Below are positions 1 through 12,437 of a DNA stretch of 64,000 nucleotides, in pieces (positions within the stretch are counted from its first letter, which is position 1; each line of letters starts with the position of its first letter). The stretch spans positions 26,722,001-26,786,000 of the forward strand of contig OZ024757.1 of the NCBI GenBank assembly GCA_964016885.1, written 5' to 3'. Both the position numbers and the translations under genes were made by a program. The notes below the pieces were generated by a model that had not been told where the DNA came from, did no database searches, and was given only the letters and a program-made list of their open reading frames with translations. The DNA is from Eledone cirrhosa. Its lineage: Eukaryota.

Positions 1-361
1 TTAAAATTGTTGGGTTACAACAAGTAAATATTTTATAACTGATATAAAGTACTCAACAAGTTTTGGAGTAGATATACGATATTAAACAAATGGAAACTAT
101 ATTTATAAAACCATATTTATTTCATTATACATATTTCGGGAATACCATATTAAAAATATGGCATGCCTTCTTCAGATAAAATACAATATATAAGCAGTCA
201 AAATTATTTATAAGCAGTCAAAATTATTTATAAAACTGCTTATATATTGTATTTTATCTGAAGAAGGCATGCCATATTTTTAATATGGTATCCCCGAAAT
301 ATGTATAATGAAATAAATATGGTTTTATAAATATAGTTTCCATTTGTTTAATATCGTATAT
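1..361. mobile_element. Fold-back Penelope-like terminal repeat element, family A
   Basis: Inverted arms about 72-198 and 235-361 with a hammerhead core, plus an unpaired tail at 1-71. A relative lies at 60335-60770. Confidence 0.6.
250..315 (+). ncRNA. Type I minimal hammerhead ribozyme candidate in a fold-back element (mirror copy on the minus strand at about 116-184)
   Basis: Stem I TATTTTAT/ATGAAATA; CTGAAGA 258-264; long stem II; GAAA 296-299; quasi-palindromic stem III ATATGTAT; AUA triplet 305-307. Confidence 0.6.
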
Positions 362-459
362 ATATATATATATATATCAAGCTGATCAATCTTGAAATGC
401 ACGTCTCACCAGAATAAACTTAATGAAAAGTTGACACCTCATCCATACATATATATTAT

Positions 460-496
<37 letters not shown>

Positions 497-648
497 AGGA
501 GTATATACACACACACATATATATATCATCATCATCATTTTAAGCAGGGAAAAGTGGACGTAAAATGGTGATGATATACACAGGGAGTACGGTTTTCAAA
601 AAAGATAAAAATAATTTTCAAAAAAGAAGTAAAATCCATAATACTTAC

Positions 649-697
649 TTTAAAAATTGCCAATAACCACCATGAATATATACGAATATTGGAGCCC
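649..697 (-). CDS. AFMID: Kynurenine formamidase, coding exon 4 (GAPIFVYIHGGYWQFL); gene continues beyond the window start
   Basis: TTTCAG acceptor and GTAAGT donor. Encodes the HGGYW oxyanion-hole motif of this alpha/beta hydrolase family. Confidence 0.92.
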
Positions 698-884
698 CTG
701 AAACAGCAACATCATAATCAACAACATACACAGCAATGATATTAATAATTGTTTCTACTTTTGGCACAAGGCCAGCAATTATCTCAGTGTATTACTGGTA
801 CTTTATTTTACCGACCCCGTAAGGATAAAAAGTAAAGTTAATCTCAGCGGGATTTGAACTCAGAACGTAAAGGGTCATAACTCT

Positions 885-1260
885 GTCCCAAGAAGACCTG
901 GGATGTGGTGATAGGGGCCGACCTTACCCAGTTGCACCTCACACGACCGAGACATCTGGCGTCACACAGTAATACAGAGTACCCGACCTCCCATGGGTAC
1001 AAGCTGAAGCATATAGACAATATGCCCCCACACCCTCCCACTGTAAAGCGGACGTGAAGGCGCCACGGCAAAAAAGCACCCAGCACTCACTGTAAATGAG
1101 GTTGGTGTTAGAAAGGGCATCCAGCTGTAGAAATCAAGCCAAAATCAGTTCCTGTGTGAGCAAGGCATGGTCAGCCGACCAGACACTGCCCACAACAGGA
1201 CAACCCGTCTAACCCATGCTAGCATGGAAGAACGGACGTAAAACGGTAATGATGATGATG
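885..1260 (+). mobile_element. 5'-truncated copy of the same RTE LINE (3' end)
   Basis: Matches the ORF end and 3' UTR of the intronic element; ends in (GAT)n. Confidence 0.88.
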
Positions 1261-1916
1261 TTAAAGAAACCCATACAAACACACATAGATGTCATTTTAT
1301 AGGTATGGACCTATAACTTCTGGTGGAGTCATATGGGCACCATAGTGACATACAGCACATCTTGGGCATTTTAAGCCTGGTGGAGCCCATCTCCTCTCCA
1401 GGTCTGAACACAGGCTATTTCTTCCAGAGAAGGAAAAAGACAGAGTGATAAAGAGGAAGGGAAAAAGAGAGATACAGAGGAAGAATTGATTCCAGTACTT
1501 TTATTTTTATCGACCCCGAACGATGGAGGACAAAGTTGACCCGAGTGGGATTTTAACTCAAAGAACAGAAAGCTGGAATGAATACTGCAAATGTTCAATC
1601 TGAAGTTCTAAAGACCCCTGTCAATTAGCTACCCTAATATGTTTGTTAACCATTCCAGAATAAAAAAATTTGTCGATCAACTTTCGTCAAATCAGACCAA
1701 GGAAACAATGTTTCCGTTGGTCTTTCCAATTGTTAATACTATCTATCGGTCGCAACTCCAAGTAGAAGGAGCAATGTGAAATAAGGTGTCTTGTTCAAGG
1801 ACATTACGCATTGCCGAGTGCAGAAATCGAACCGACAACCTCACAATTGCAAATCCAGTTCTTTAAGCAATCAGCCACACGCCTTCACTTCCAGAATAAA
1901 GAGAAATATTATTTAC

Positions 1917-2021
1917 CTTCGGCAGCAGTTTTTTGACCAAAAATGTCCAGCTTGTGTTTCTCAGCATCTCCTACCTTCACTCCTAGGTCACAATCGATAC
2001 AGGATTTAGCCTCATCACTTT
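1917..2021 (-). CDS. AFMID: Kynurenine formamidase, coding exon 3 (KSDEAKSCIDCDLGVKVGDAEKHKLDIFGQKTAAE)
   Basis: Polypyrimidine-TAG acceptor, GTAAAT donor, phase 1-1. GDxExxKLDIF corresponds to the YGxxxxEKxDIY segment of formamidases. Confidence 0.88.
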
Positions 2022-2753
2022 CTACAAAAAAAAACATCCCATAAAAAAATGTCAAATACAATCAATGTTTAATAGCATCATAAACCAAACATATTCATAA
2101 TACAAACTCTCACAACGTCATGAAGGCAATTTTTGGGGAAGGGAGGGGAAAGTCGATTAAATCGCTTCAGTGCATTACTGGTACTTTATTTTATCAACCC
2201 TTAAGGATGACAGGCAAAGTTAACCTTGGAAAGATTTGAAGAATTAATAATAATAATTGTTTCTACTTTAGGCACAAGGCCAGCAATTACCCAGTGCATT
2301 ACTGGTACTTTATTTATCGACCCCGTAAGGATGAAAGGCAAAGTCAACCTCGGCGGGATTTGAACTCAGATCGTAAAGGGACGTAACTAGGCTGGAAAGC
2401 ATGGCGTCCGACGCTCTACCGATACTGCCAATATAATGTTTTTACTTTTGGCACAAGGCCAGCAACTACCCAGTGCATTACTGGTACTTTATTTTATCAA
2501 CCCATAAGGATGACAGGCAAAGCTAACCTTGGAAAGATTTGAAGAATTAATAATAATAATGTTTCTACTTTTGGAACAAGGCCAGCAATTACCCCAGTAC
2601 ATTACTGGTGCTATATTTTATTGACCTCGTAAGGTTGAAAGGCAAAGTTAACCTTGACGGATTTGAACTCAGAACGTAAAGGGCCATAACTCCATGCTGC
2701 AAAGCATGGTGTCTGACGCTCTACTGATACTGCCAAAATAATAATAATCTTAC

Positions 2754-2847
2754 TTTCTGTTATGACTTCAACGTGACGATCAATCACTGCTGTTGTAGAT
2801 AAATTTTGGTGGTTCCATTGACTGGGAGAATATTGTCGTTCAAGCTC
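2754..2847 (-). CDS. AFMID: Kynurenine formamidase, coding exon 2 (ELERQYSPSQWNHQNLSTTAVIDRHVEVITE)
   Basis: CAG acceptor and GTAAG donor. ELERQYSPSQW matches the AFMID N-terminal ELExQYxPSxW motif. Confidence 0.9.
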
Positions 2848-3103
2848 CTGGATGTAAAAACAGAGAGTATTAAGATATTTAACCCTTTGAATACTGCCCC
2901 CAAAATTGTTGGCCTTGTGCCTAAATCAGAAATCATTATTAACTTTGCCTTTCATCCTTACGAGGTCGATAAAATAAAGTACTAGTAATGTACTGGGGTA
3001 ATTACTGGCCTTGTGCCAAAAGTAGAAACAATTATTATGATGACGAGAAGATTTAAAGCTCGATGTGGTTTGTACAATCCACAACTATGAACATATGTAT
3101 ATT

Positions 3104-3788
3104 GATATATATAAAGTTGTATTCCTGACTGTTTGTTTGTTAACAAACTACTTCTATGGCTTTGGAGATAGACTCCTATAACTATATATATTCTGAAACT
3201 ACATTGCCCAGGGTACTTGGATAAGTATATTTCATTTTAATCGAAGGGTTCCCCAGGGGCACAAACTCCCGCTGAAAATATTTTCCATTCGATTTATATG
3301 AAATTTAAACCATAGGTAAATGACAACATATGATGCCTATTCACAAAAGTTTTGAATTAATATTCTGAAAAAAATTATTTACAAGAAACAAAATAAGAAT
3401 AAGATTTAATAATGTAATTTTGATTTGATATATTACAAAATCTAATGTTTTCCAATTTTTCGTGCGTTACATTTTACATTGCGTAATATTGTTTCGACTT
3501 TTGGGCACAAGGCCAGCAATTACCCAGTGTATTACTGGTACTTTATTTTATGATGAAAAGCAAAGTTAACCTTTGCGGGATTTGAACCCAGAATGGCAAG
3601 GGTCGTAACTCTATGCGTCAAATCATGGCGTCCGACCCTCTACCGATACTGCCAATCCACCGCCCTTTGAGTAATATTGAAATGCAGAGTTTTTCTCCAT
3701 AAATTATATCACTGATTTAAAATCAATCATCACTTTCTTACAAAAAATAAATGTGTGAAACGCAGAAAGGCGCGGGTAATTCAGCTAG
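3104..3788 (+). mobile_element. Non-autonomous Helitron-like element (SINE inserted at 3487-3667)
   Basis: 5' TATATATAAAG...TGTTTGTTTG, 3' short GC hairpin followed by CAGCTAG|T, no TIRs. Confidence 0.5.
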
Positions 3789-4425
3789 TATATATATATA
3801 TCTGAAGCTCCTTTGAATGCAGCAGAGTCGGGTTCGATCTGTAGCAGATCTTGCCTCGAGCTGATCGACTGAGAAACATATGTAATATGTTAATAAATGT
3901 GATATGATGCAACACTGATTCCTCGTTCTTTATTATATATATGTATATATATATATAAACATGTGTCTACCGTAACCCCCTGTGTGTTGTAAGAAGTGAC
4001 TGAAAGTGTTGGTGTCAGGGAAACTGACAAGTGTTGGGGGGAGGGGAAAGTCGATTAAATCGACCCCAGTGCATTACTGGTACTTTATTTTATCGACCCC
4101 GTAAGGATGAAAGGCAAAGTTAACCTCGGCGGGATTTGAACTCAGATCATAAAGGGCCTTAATCTATCGCCCTAATACTACTAATGATACCAATACTAAT
4201 ACAAATAATTGTTTCTACTTTTGGCACAAGGCCAGCAATTACCCAGTGCATTACTGGTACTATATTATATCGACCCGGTAAGGATGAAAGGCAAAGTTAA
4301 CCTCGGCAAGATTTGAACTTAGCCTGTAAAGGTGATGATGATGAATACTTAAAAAAGGGCAATTTTGTATTAAAAGGGGTTAAACTGAATAAATCCGTGT
4401 CTTTTCCAAACTAGTTTTTTCTTAC

Positions 4426-4476
4426 CTTTAGATCAAAAGACCTCCATCTTTCTGACACTGTCGATAGGGTTGCCAT
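4426..4476 (-). CDS. AFMID: Kynurenine formamidase, coding exon 1 (MATLSTVSERWRSFDLK)
   Basis: ATG at 4476-4474 and GTAAG donor at 4425-4421. Joins in phase 0 to the ELERQYSPSQW exon. Confidence 0.8.
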
Positions 4477-4915
4477 TTCCACAGAATGTTAGTATTTGCG
4501 AATAATTTCAGTTAGAAGGATACACCCTAGAAGCTGAGCAGTTCTTGTTACAGGTCTACTGATGTGTTGAATCTCTCTCTCTCTCTCACACACACACACA
4601 TATATATATATATAGGTACACTCGCTCCCCCTTACATGTACACATACACACATACGCATCTGTACTCACGCACACACACACACATATATATATATATATA
4701 GGTACATTCACTCCCCCTTACATGTACAGATACACACATACACATGTACTCACATATATATATATATATATATAGGTACATTCACCCCCCCCCCCCCTTA
4801 CATGTACAGATACACACATACACATGTACTCATACACATATATATATATATATATAGAGGTACATTCACCCCCCGCCCCCCCTTACATGTACAGATACAC
4901 ACATACACGTGTACT

Positions 4916-4961
<46 letters not shown>

Positions 4962-5172
4962 TACATTCACACACCCTTACAGGTACAGATACACACACAC
5001 ACATATACATGTGTACCCACACACACATTCTATCTTACATGCCTACACACATACAACACCCCCTCTAATGAAAAGGATTACCACAAAAGATAATATCACA
5101 TGGTCAGCTTTAAATGCCCTCCACCACTAACACACAATTAACAAGTTGAGGGGGAGAGAGATACAGACAAAC

Positions 5173-5212
<40 letters not shown>

Positions 5213-5990
5213 GAAGAAGAGAAGTGATATATATATATATAGAGAGAGAGAAGAGAGTGAGATATATATATATAGAGAGAGAGAGATAAATATAGAGAGA
5301 GAGGGAGAGAGAGAAGAGAAAATAGTGAGATATATACAGAGAGATATATATATATATATACAGAGAGAGAGAGAGAGAGAGGAGAAAAGAGTGAGATATA
5401 TACAGAGAGAGAAAGAGTGTCGGAGAAAGAGAGAGATAAGGAAGAAGAGACGTAGTAAGACAGAGAGAGCGAGAGGGGAGGTGGTGTTGAAAGAAGAGGA
5501 TGAGTGAGACAAAGGATGAGAGAAAGAGGGGGAGGAGAGGGAAGATAAGAAGGGGAGGGGCTTTTTAATTTTATATTTATACATCTCTTTGTTTTTATTG
5601 CCCAGTAGTTCAACCTTTTAGATAACTGGGTTATAGTGTGTGTGTATATCTGTATCTGTATGTGTGTGTAAATGTATGTGTGTATGTATATGTATGTATA
5701 AATGTATGTGTGTATGTATGAATGTATGTTTGTGTATATATGTATGTATGTGTGTATGTATGTATGTTCTTCTGGTTTTATAATTTCAAAGTTTTACCAA
5801 TAGAGAGAGAGTTGGTTTCTAACAGACACAAGACTCTCTTATTGGAATTTACACAACATCAACTAGGTAGATATGTATGTATGCATGCCTGTGTAGATAA
5901 GGATGTTATTGTATGTGTGGGTGTGTATGTTTTGAGTTGTATGTGTGCATGTGTATATGCTTTGTATCTGTACATGTGTATATGCAGTTA

Positions 5991-6110
5991 TTAGATGCAA
6001 CATTTTTGGAATGTTTTACATATTTTTACTGTTCCATTAATGGATTGTACTTGTAATTTCCTAACTAGTTGTGTTCTTTCTGTTCCTGTGAAGCCTAGCT
6101 TCTCAAGATT
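5991..6110 (-). mobile_element. R4/Dong- or NeSL-like LINE C-terminal fragment inside a microsatellite
   Basis: LEKLGF...RKLQVQSINGTVKICKTF resembles the LQ...I.GT.kI.r C-terminus of RLE-type LINEs. Confidence 0.45.
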
Positions 6111-7351
6111 TGTATTATGTATGTATGTGTGTATGTATGTGTGTATGTATGTGTGTATATATGTATATCTATATATGTGTGTATCTATTATAAACAACAT
6201 TGAAAAGCTGAATATCCCCCCCCCCCTTAATTCTCTTTTATCTTTTTTCCCTTAACTTATATTTCATGTAACTTTTTCTCTATCTTGTACAGGAAGATAG
6301 AATAAACATGGAATACACCCATATATAGGTAATATAAAGATGAATCGGTAGCTCAATGGTTAATACATCAGGTGCGCCATTCAATGCAAATCACTTCTGT
6401 CTAGAAATCTTTGTAACTCATTTACTATATGTAATGGGAAGAGACCAGACGGTCTTACCCTTTGTCCCTGGGTGAGAGGTAGGTGTCTCATCTGAGACAG
6501 TCAGTGGCTCTTTTGCTCCCTCCCACTACCTGCATCAGTTGTTAGCTGCCGAGACACTGCATCCTTTAAAACCTCCATGCTTCCTGAAATTCGCCAACAC
6601 TATACCTGACCCTCCCCCCTCCATGCACACACACACATGTATATCATGACTCACTTTCCTTTACGATCTGAGTTCAAATCCCGCCGAGGTTGACTTTGCC
6701 TTTCATCCTTACGGGTCGATAAAATAAAGTACCAGTAATGCACTGGATAATTGCTGGCCTTGTGCCTAAAGTAGAAACAATTATTCTATGTACTATACAT
6801 GCACCTTTGATAAGTTGTAGTGCACCTGAGCACTACACAATCATTTCATTATTATTAAATCCCGCCGAGGTTGACTTTGCCTTTCATCCTTACGGGGTCG
6901 ATAAAATAAAGTACCAGTAATGCACTGGGTAATTGCTGTCCTTGTGCCTAAAGTAGAAACAATTATTATTATTATTATCACGGCCCTTTATGATCTGAGT
7001 TCAAATGCTGCCGAGGTTAACTTTGCCTTTCATCCTTACGGGGTCGATAAAATAAAGTACCAGTCACGCACTGGTGTCGATTTCATCGACTCCCCCCCCC
7101 CCCCCCCCCAAAAAAAAATTGCTGGCCTTGTGCCTAAATAAGAAACCATTATTATCAGGGTGGTGGATTGGCAGTATTGGTAGAGGGTTGGACGCCATGC
7201 TTTGACGCATAGTTACGTCCCTTGCCATTCTGAGTTCAAATCCCGCCGAGGTTAGCTTTGCCCTGCATCCTTACGGGGTCGATAAAATAAAGTACCAGTA
7301 CTGCACTGGGTGATTGCTGACCTTGTGCCAAAAGTAGAAACAATTATTATC

Positions 7352-7637
7352 ATGGACGCCGCGGTGAATGTGGAGGCCATTGCTTCCGCTGCCGAACGGA
7401 ATAAAATTCGGAAATACCAGGACTTATCAAACAATTAATTCTTCCCACTTGTGGCGTTCGAAACGTTTGGAGGAGTTAGGCCGCTGACAGCGAAGTTCTT
7501 GTTATCACTGGCGGCTCGCCTTACTGAGGTGTCAGGTGATGCCAGTGAGGGTGCCTGGTTATTTCAGCGCCTGAGCCGCGCCATCACTCGTGGGAATGCT
7601 GCGAGCGTGTTGGCTTGCCTGAAAGTGTACAATTAAC
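7352..7637 (+). mobile_element. CRE-clade LINE 3' fragment (restriction-like endonuclease end)
   Basis: AAERNKIRKYQDL..*FFPLVAFETFGG...VSGD...LFQRLSRAITRGNAASVL. More decayed copies at about 37760-37915 and 54460-54630. Confidence 0.75.
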
Positions 7638-8118
7638 CCCTCAAGGTGTGAGGTGTTGCAGATTGTCACACTTGGTGGTGAATTGTCCCCTTACCCCGCC
7701 TCCTTCTTTTTTTAGTTTTGCCCGTAAAATCTTTCCAGTGATTCTTTCCTGAGACAATCTAATCACATGCCCCTAGTATCGGAGCTGTGATCTCTTAATT
7801 CGGAGAAGTAGCGGCTCTAGAGTAACTCTCTGATCGCCGAGCTACACACTTTACCGAGTAATGTTACTCCAAAGACACTTCGGGGGAATCCCATTTGGCT
7901 GCTTTTATATTATAATTATTATCAATAAATACAGTTCTTACATTAAATATTAAACCCCCCCTCCAAAAAAACAACTAAATCCCTTTTCAGTCAGTCGAAT
8001 TAAGAGTATTTAATGGGAGGGGACATAAAATATATTTACACCGTATAGAAATGAAACTTTAGTCGATTTAATTGGCGGTAATCAATTACACTTTGTTGAT
8101 TTCATTAACTTTGGAAGA

Positions 8119-8222
8119 ATGAAAGCCGTGGAAACCGGTGAAGTAATATACCAGGAATTACCCTACGTTCATGTGGTGTCTGACAAAGAACTAAAGAACC
8201 ACTGTAGTTCTTGTTTTAAAAG
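8119..8222 (+). CDS. SMYD3: SMYD3-like SET/MYND lysine methyltransferase, exon 1 (MKAVETGEVIYQELPYVHVVSDKELKNHCSSCFK)
   Basis: ATG, GEVI..PY S-sequence, first MYND CxxC, AG|GTAAC donor. All 13 exons join in frame to 1389 nt (462 aa plus stop). Confidence 0.85.
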
Positions 8223-9326
8223 GTAACAGTAAAGATCAACATCACACGTAGTTTATGTAATCGAGGGAGTATTTTTTTTATACCGTTTGTTTAACGATCG
8301 ATTTAATCGATTTTTTTCCTTCCCCACCTATCGAGATTGCTGGCTTTATACCTATTTTAGAAATTATTGTTATGTTGGATTGGAAGAATTGGTAGAGCGT
8401 CGAATAAAATGCCATTTCGTTAGGAGTCGATAAAATGAAGTACCAGTGAAATACTAGGGTTGATTTAATCAACGTTGCCATCCCACCCTTAAAACTACTG
8501 ACCTTGCTTTTGTTCATTTACTTTGATAATTTGTCAGAATTATCCTGCTAGGGAAGTAGTAAGGTCTTAATTCACAGTTGTATAAAAAGAAATATAATTA
8601 TACAATGCCTACAGAACGAAAGCACAAACATGCGTATTAGATTTCAAATTGATTCCAAATTTCCCGGATTTTCATTGCTTACATAACCGTCTTCGCCCAC
8701 TTATTTCTGAGTGGGTCGCAGTGGCAGTCTCCAAACACTCCTTCCAACAGGTCCTGTCAGAAGCAACCGTCTCCAATTGATCGGGCTGGATCTTCAAACA
8801 AGACCTGCCGAGCTCTGGGTGTCCTGCCGGTTGATTTTGCTTGTAAAATCTGTCCAGCGATTCTTTCCTGAGACATTCTAACCACATGTCCATAATATCA
8901 GAGCTGTGATCTCTCAATTCGGAGACGTAGCAGTTCTATCTTGTGCGACTCCCCGATCCCCGAGCTATGCACTCTGTCGAGTAATGTTACTCTACAGACT
9001 CTGAAGAGGAACCCCATTTCAGCCGCTTGTATTCGTGATCGTATTTTTTCGGTCAAGATCAATGATCATAGTAATCTTGAAATTTCCACTGTATTCCTCC
9101 CCAAAGTAAAAAAAAAAGTAGACTCGATTTTCATGTCTGTAATGTTTTTGATCCTAGGTCTGCTGGATCAAAGTTGATCTGGGTGTTAAATTGTAACAAT
9201 GATGACTGTAAGCTAGGTTTAAACTGATGATCTAATGGTCTATGTGGTAAGTAATCCAGTACCTTAACCTGACGGTAATTGAGTCTCACTCCACTAAAAC
9301 ATTTTTTTACCTCTTCATATTTACAG

Positions 9327-9390
9327 CTCTGCCTGCCTCAAACATTGTTCAAGATGTAAACTTTTGAAATACTGCAACTCCAGTTGTCAG
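9327..9390 (+). CDS. SMYD3: SMYD3-like exon 2 (SACLKHCSRCKLLKYCNSSCQ, MYND finger)
   Basis: TTACAG acceptor, GTAAC donor, CxxC...YC...CQ MYND pattern. Confidence 0.92.
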
Positions 9391-9867
9391 GTAACATCTC
9401 ATAGATCTGTCTTTTCTCCTCCTTTTTTTTTGTTAATTAGACATGTTCATTAACCCTTTTAGAACTGTGAAGTCGATATACTGGCCTCAATAATGTAGCC
9501 AAAAATGCTATATGGTCAGTGTATGCATTGTCCCGTAACTCCTGGGACTACAGAGCTATGGTAAGTCGTGTACAACGAGTGTTAGGCAGGCAGTTTCACT
9601 GTTTACCCACTCAGTGGTAAAGGATCACATTTTATATTCAGTGGACAAGTCGACCCCTGGTTTTGGAGACATTTTTTGGCTCCAAATGTTGACTTGTACA
9701 CTGGCATATACAGTAATTAAATATTTTAGTAAACTCCTCTACATTCTTTATTAATTAATTCAAATACAGTGTATTTCATTATATATATGGTTATGAAATA
9801 CAGTGTATTTCATTATAAATATGGTAATGAAAGGGTTAAACATGTTCTTTACATATTTCACTTCCAG

Positions 9868-9978
9868 AAAGCTGATTGGTCAATTCACAAGCAGGAATGT
9901 TTCTATTTTCTCAAAGGTGACCCTGTAATCTTATCTGAAAGCATACGAATGTTTCTACGAATAATTATCAGGTACCAG
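9868..9978 (+). CDS. SMYD3: SMYD3-like exon 3 (KADWSIHKQEC...RIIIRYQ)
   Basis: W..HK.EC end of the MYND finger; TTCCAG acceptor, GTAGT donor. Confidence 0.92.
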
Positions 9979-11603
9979 GTAGTATTGATTCTGTTTTTTT
10001 TATATTATTATTAGCATGTGTGATTTTTTTTAGAATACTGTGACAATGGAAATTTTGAAAATAGTATTAGAATCTTTCACTGTATTTAACTACAGAAATT
10101 AGTCTAACATAGTATATGATCCCACATAATGGAAAAAAAATGCCACTTTCTTTTTCTATTATTGGGGTTAATATGCCATGTTAGACTATTTTCTGTAGTC
10201 AAAATACTGTGGAAAGCTTCTAATTCTATTATCAAAATTATTGTTGTTGTTGTTTAGTGTTAGGTTATCAGTGGTCCAACATGGTTGAGCTAGGACCAAA
10301 CCCCAACTCTTCTCTTCTTAGACTAACTCTAGGTCTGCAATCTTTGATGTGGTTTTGTTGTCTGAAGTATCATACATTGTAAGAAACTCTGACAGTGTAT
10401 GATACTTCAGAATGAATTGTTAGCTTTGAACGAATAAATAACTTTACAACATGTATTCATTCCAAGAGATGGCAATGTGAATGGACCTGTTTTTTCTATA
10501 GAACCTAAAATAAGACTGCCTCATTAACTTAGTAAAAATTATTCTATGTGTATACACTTTTTTGCATAGATAATTTTACCTATCTTTACATTGAGATTTT
10601 CTGTATATTGGTGACAAATAACCTTCTGTAAAAACGTATTTGGTAATTACTTTAATGAATAATTTGCTTCATGTGTAATTATTATTTTTAACACATGCTT
10701 GCTTGAAAAATCTTTCAAGGAGGTATGAACCAGCCTCTTGTACTATTTATTATATAAATTACTGTATTTTGAGCTGTTTTAACTTCTCCACCTACTTCCT
10801 TCTAATTTTTATATTATTTTGGTAAAAAATGATATTTTTTTCATATATATGTGTGTATTTTTAATGCACAAATCAATGATTTCCATCAGACAGCTCAAGA
10901 AAAAGGATGTCTGTCCATGTAACATCTTACAACATATGCTCATATTTTTTATTTTATGTGTGTGTGAGATTGGGATTACTTTTCCGCTGTGTCAACCTCC
11001 CTAGTGCTGGTGCCATAATAAAAAGGACTCTATAGGGTGTAGGAACATATGTGAGGTTGTCATGTCTTTGACACACCTGTCTATGTACATATATATATAT
11101 CAAATGAAAGAATGGAGTTGCATTTTAATTTACCTTTCTAATTATTATGTATTTTCCACACTTTTTGTAGACTTTATGTATTCCACTCTAGTGGTTCTCT
11201 ACCCCTCGTAATTCAAAACACTCTTTTGTGTGTTCTTCCTTATGTATTATATATATATAACGTGGATTGAGAATTGTTTCAGCACGCAGTTGTTTCTGAC
11301 TCAACATATGAACTTACGCTTGAAGTTGTTCTTAGGGTGATCTTCCGAAGGTACCACAATTGATAATCCATGGAGTAATTATAATTAGACAATAAGGTAC
11401 ACGAATACACCATTCACTTTACAAGAAGGAAAAGCATTTATTGCAGAATATTTCATTAATATTAATGAAATATATATCTAATTATATACATATATATACG
11501 TTATTCCGGGTTGAATCGGAGGTAACCACAGTAAGTAAGGTACTCAATACATTGCAGAGTATAAAAGTTTTAATATAGATGAGATTCTACAGGACTAGAA
11601 CTA

Positions 11604-11656
11604 GAGATTCCTGATGATTTCTAAAGAATGAAACAGTTCTAGTCCTGTAGAATCTC
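11604..11656 (+). ncRNA. Type I hammerhead ribozyme candidate (SMYD intron 3, sense)
   Basis: Stem I GAGATTC/GAATCTC; core CTGATGA 11611-11617; stem II TTC-TAAA-GAA with a U-U closing position; GAAA 11630-11633; stem III ACAG/CTGT; GUA cleavage triplet 11647-11649. Confidence 0.7.
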
Positions 11657-11718
11657 ATCTATATTAAAACATATATATATATATATATGTATTTATTCTG
11701 ATTTTCTTTTTTCTTTAG

Positions 11719-11788
11719 AATGATGACCACAATAAAATATTTAGCACACATCCTTATTGGAAGCGGTCATTCTCAGACCTAATGTCAC
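11719..11788 (+). CDS. SMYD3: SMYD3-like exon 4 (NDDHNKIFSTHPYWKRSFSDLMS)
   Basis: TTTAG acceptor and GTAAG donor. The R.F.DLMSH motif is completed with exon 5. Confidence 0.88.
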
Positions 11789-11984
11789 GTAAGAATATAT
11801 TTTTTATCCTATTCCTACCAGCATTTCTTTACTTTGGACATCCTTAAATGATAGTATTATGTCTATTTCCCATGCTTGCTTGGGTTAGACAGGTTGTCAT
11901 AAAATGAAGCCAGACAGGTCAGATGATCACATCTTGATTTGATTTTGACTTGGTTTTTATGGCCAGATGCCCTTGCTAATACTG

Positions 11985-12283
11985 ACCACCTTACAGGATG
12001 GACCGAGTGCTTTTTGTTGTATCATTAGCACGCCTACCTTATATGGTGAACTGAGTTCTTTTTGAGGTGTCACCAGCATGACCAGCTTTCAGTGTGGCCT
12101 GGGTGCTTTTTGAGGTGTCACCAGCACTACCACCTTACAGAGTTGACTGAATGCCTTTTGTTTTGTCACCAGCACTACCACCTTACAGGATGGACTGAGT
12201 GCTTTTTGTTGTGTCACCAGCACTACCACCTTACAGGATGGACTGAGTGCTTTTTGTTGTGTCACCAGCACAACCACCTTACA
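11985..12283. repeat. ~51-bp tandem repeat expanded from a SINE/RTE tail
   Basis: ACCACCTTACAGGATGGACTGAGTGCTTTTTGTTGTGTCACCAGCACT units, about 6 copies. Confidence 0.8.
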
Positions 12284-12306
12284 CCTTTGTTTCATCTATC
12301 CACCAG

Positions 12307-12437
12307 ATGTTGAAAATATACAACAAGATGAACTACGACGTAAACAGTTTGCTCACGTACTGAGTGTTTTATCAAAAATTCTAGAAGATCCTCAAAGCCT
12401 GCCACCAGTTAAACAGTTATGGGAGTTCTTTGGTAAA
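12307..12437 (+). CDS. SMYD3: SMYD3-like exon 5 (HVENIQQDELRRKQF...LWEFFGK)
   Basis: CCAG acceptor, GTAAGT donor, frame preserved. Confidence 0.88.

Noticed and set aside
4426-4476. CUX1/CASP N-terminus (W..FDL resemblance)
   Set aside because: The following exons encode ELERQYSPSQW and HGGYW, which identify AFMID.
4798-6255. [12 protein letters not shown]-type ORFs here and at 36937-37484, 52049-52436, 53319-53644, 57887-59526, 63050-63817
   Set aside because: Translations of microsatellites.
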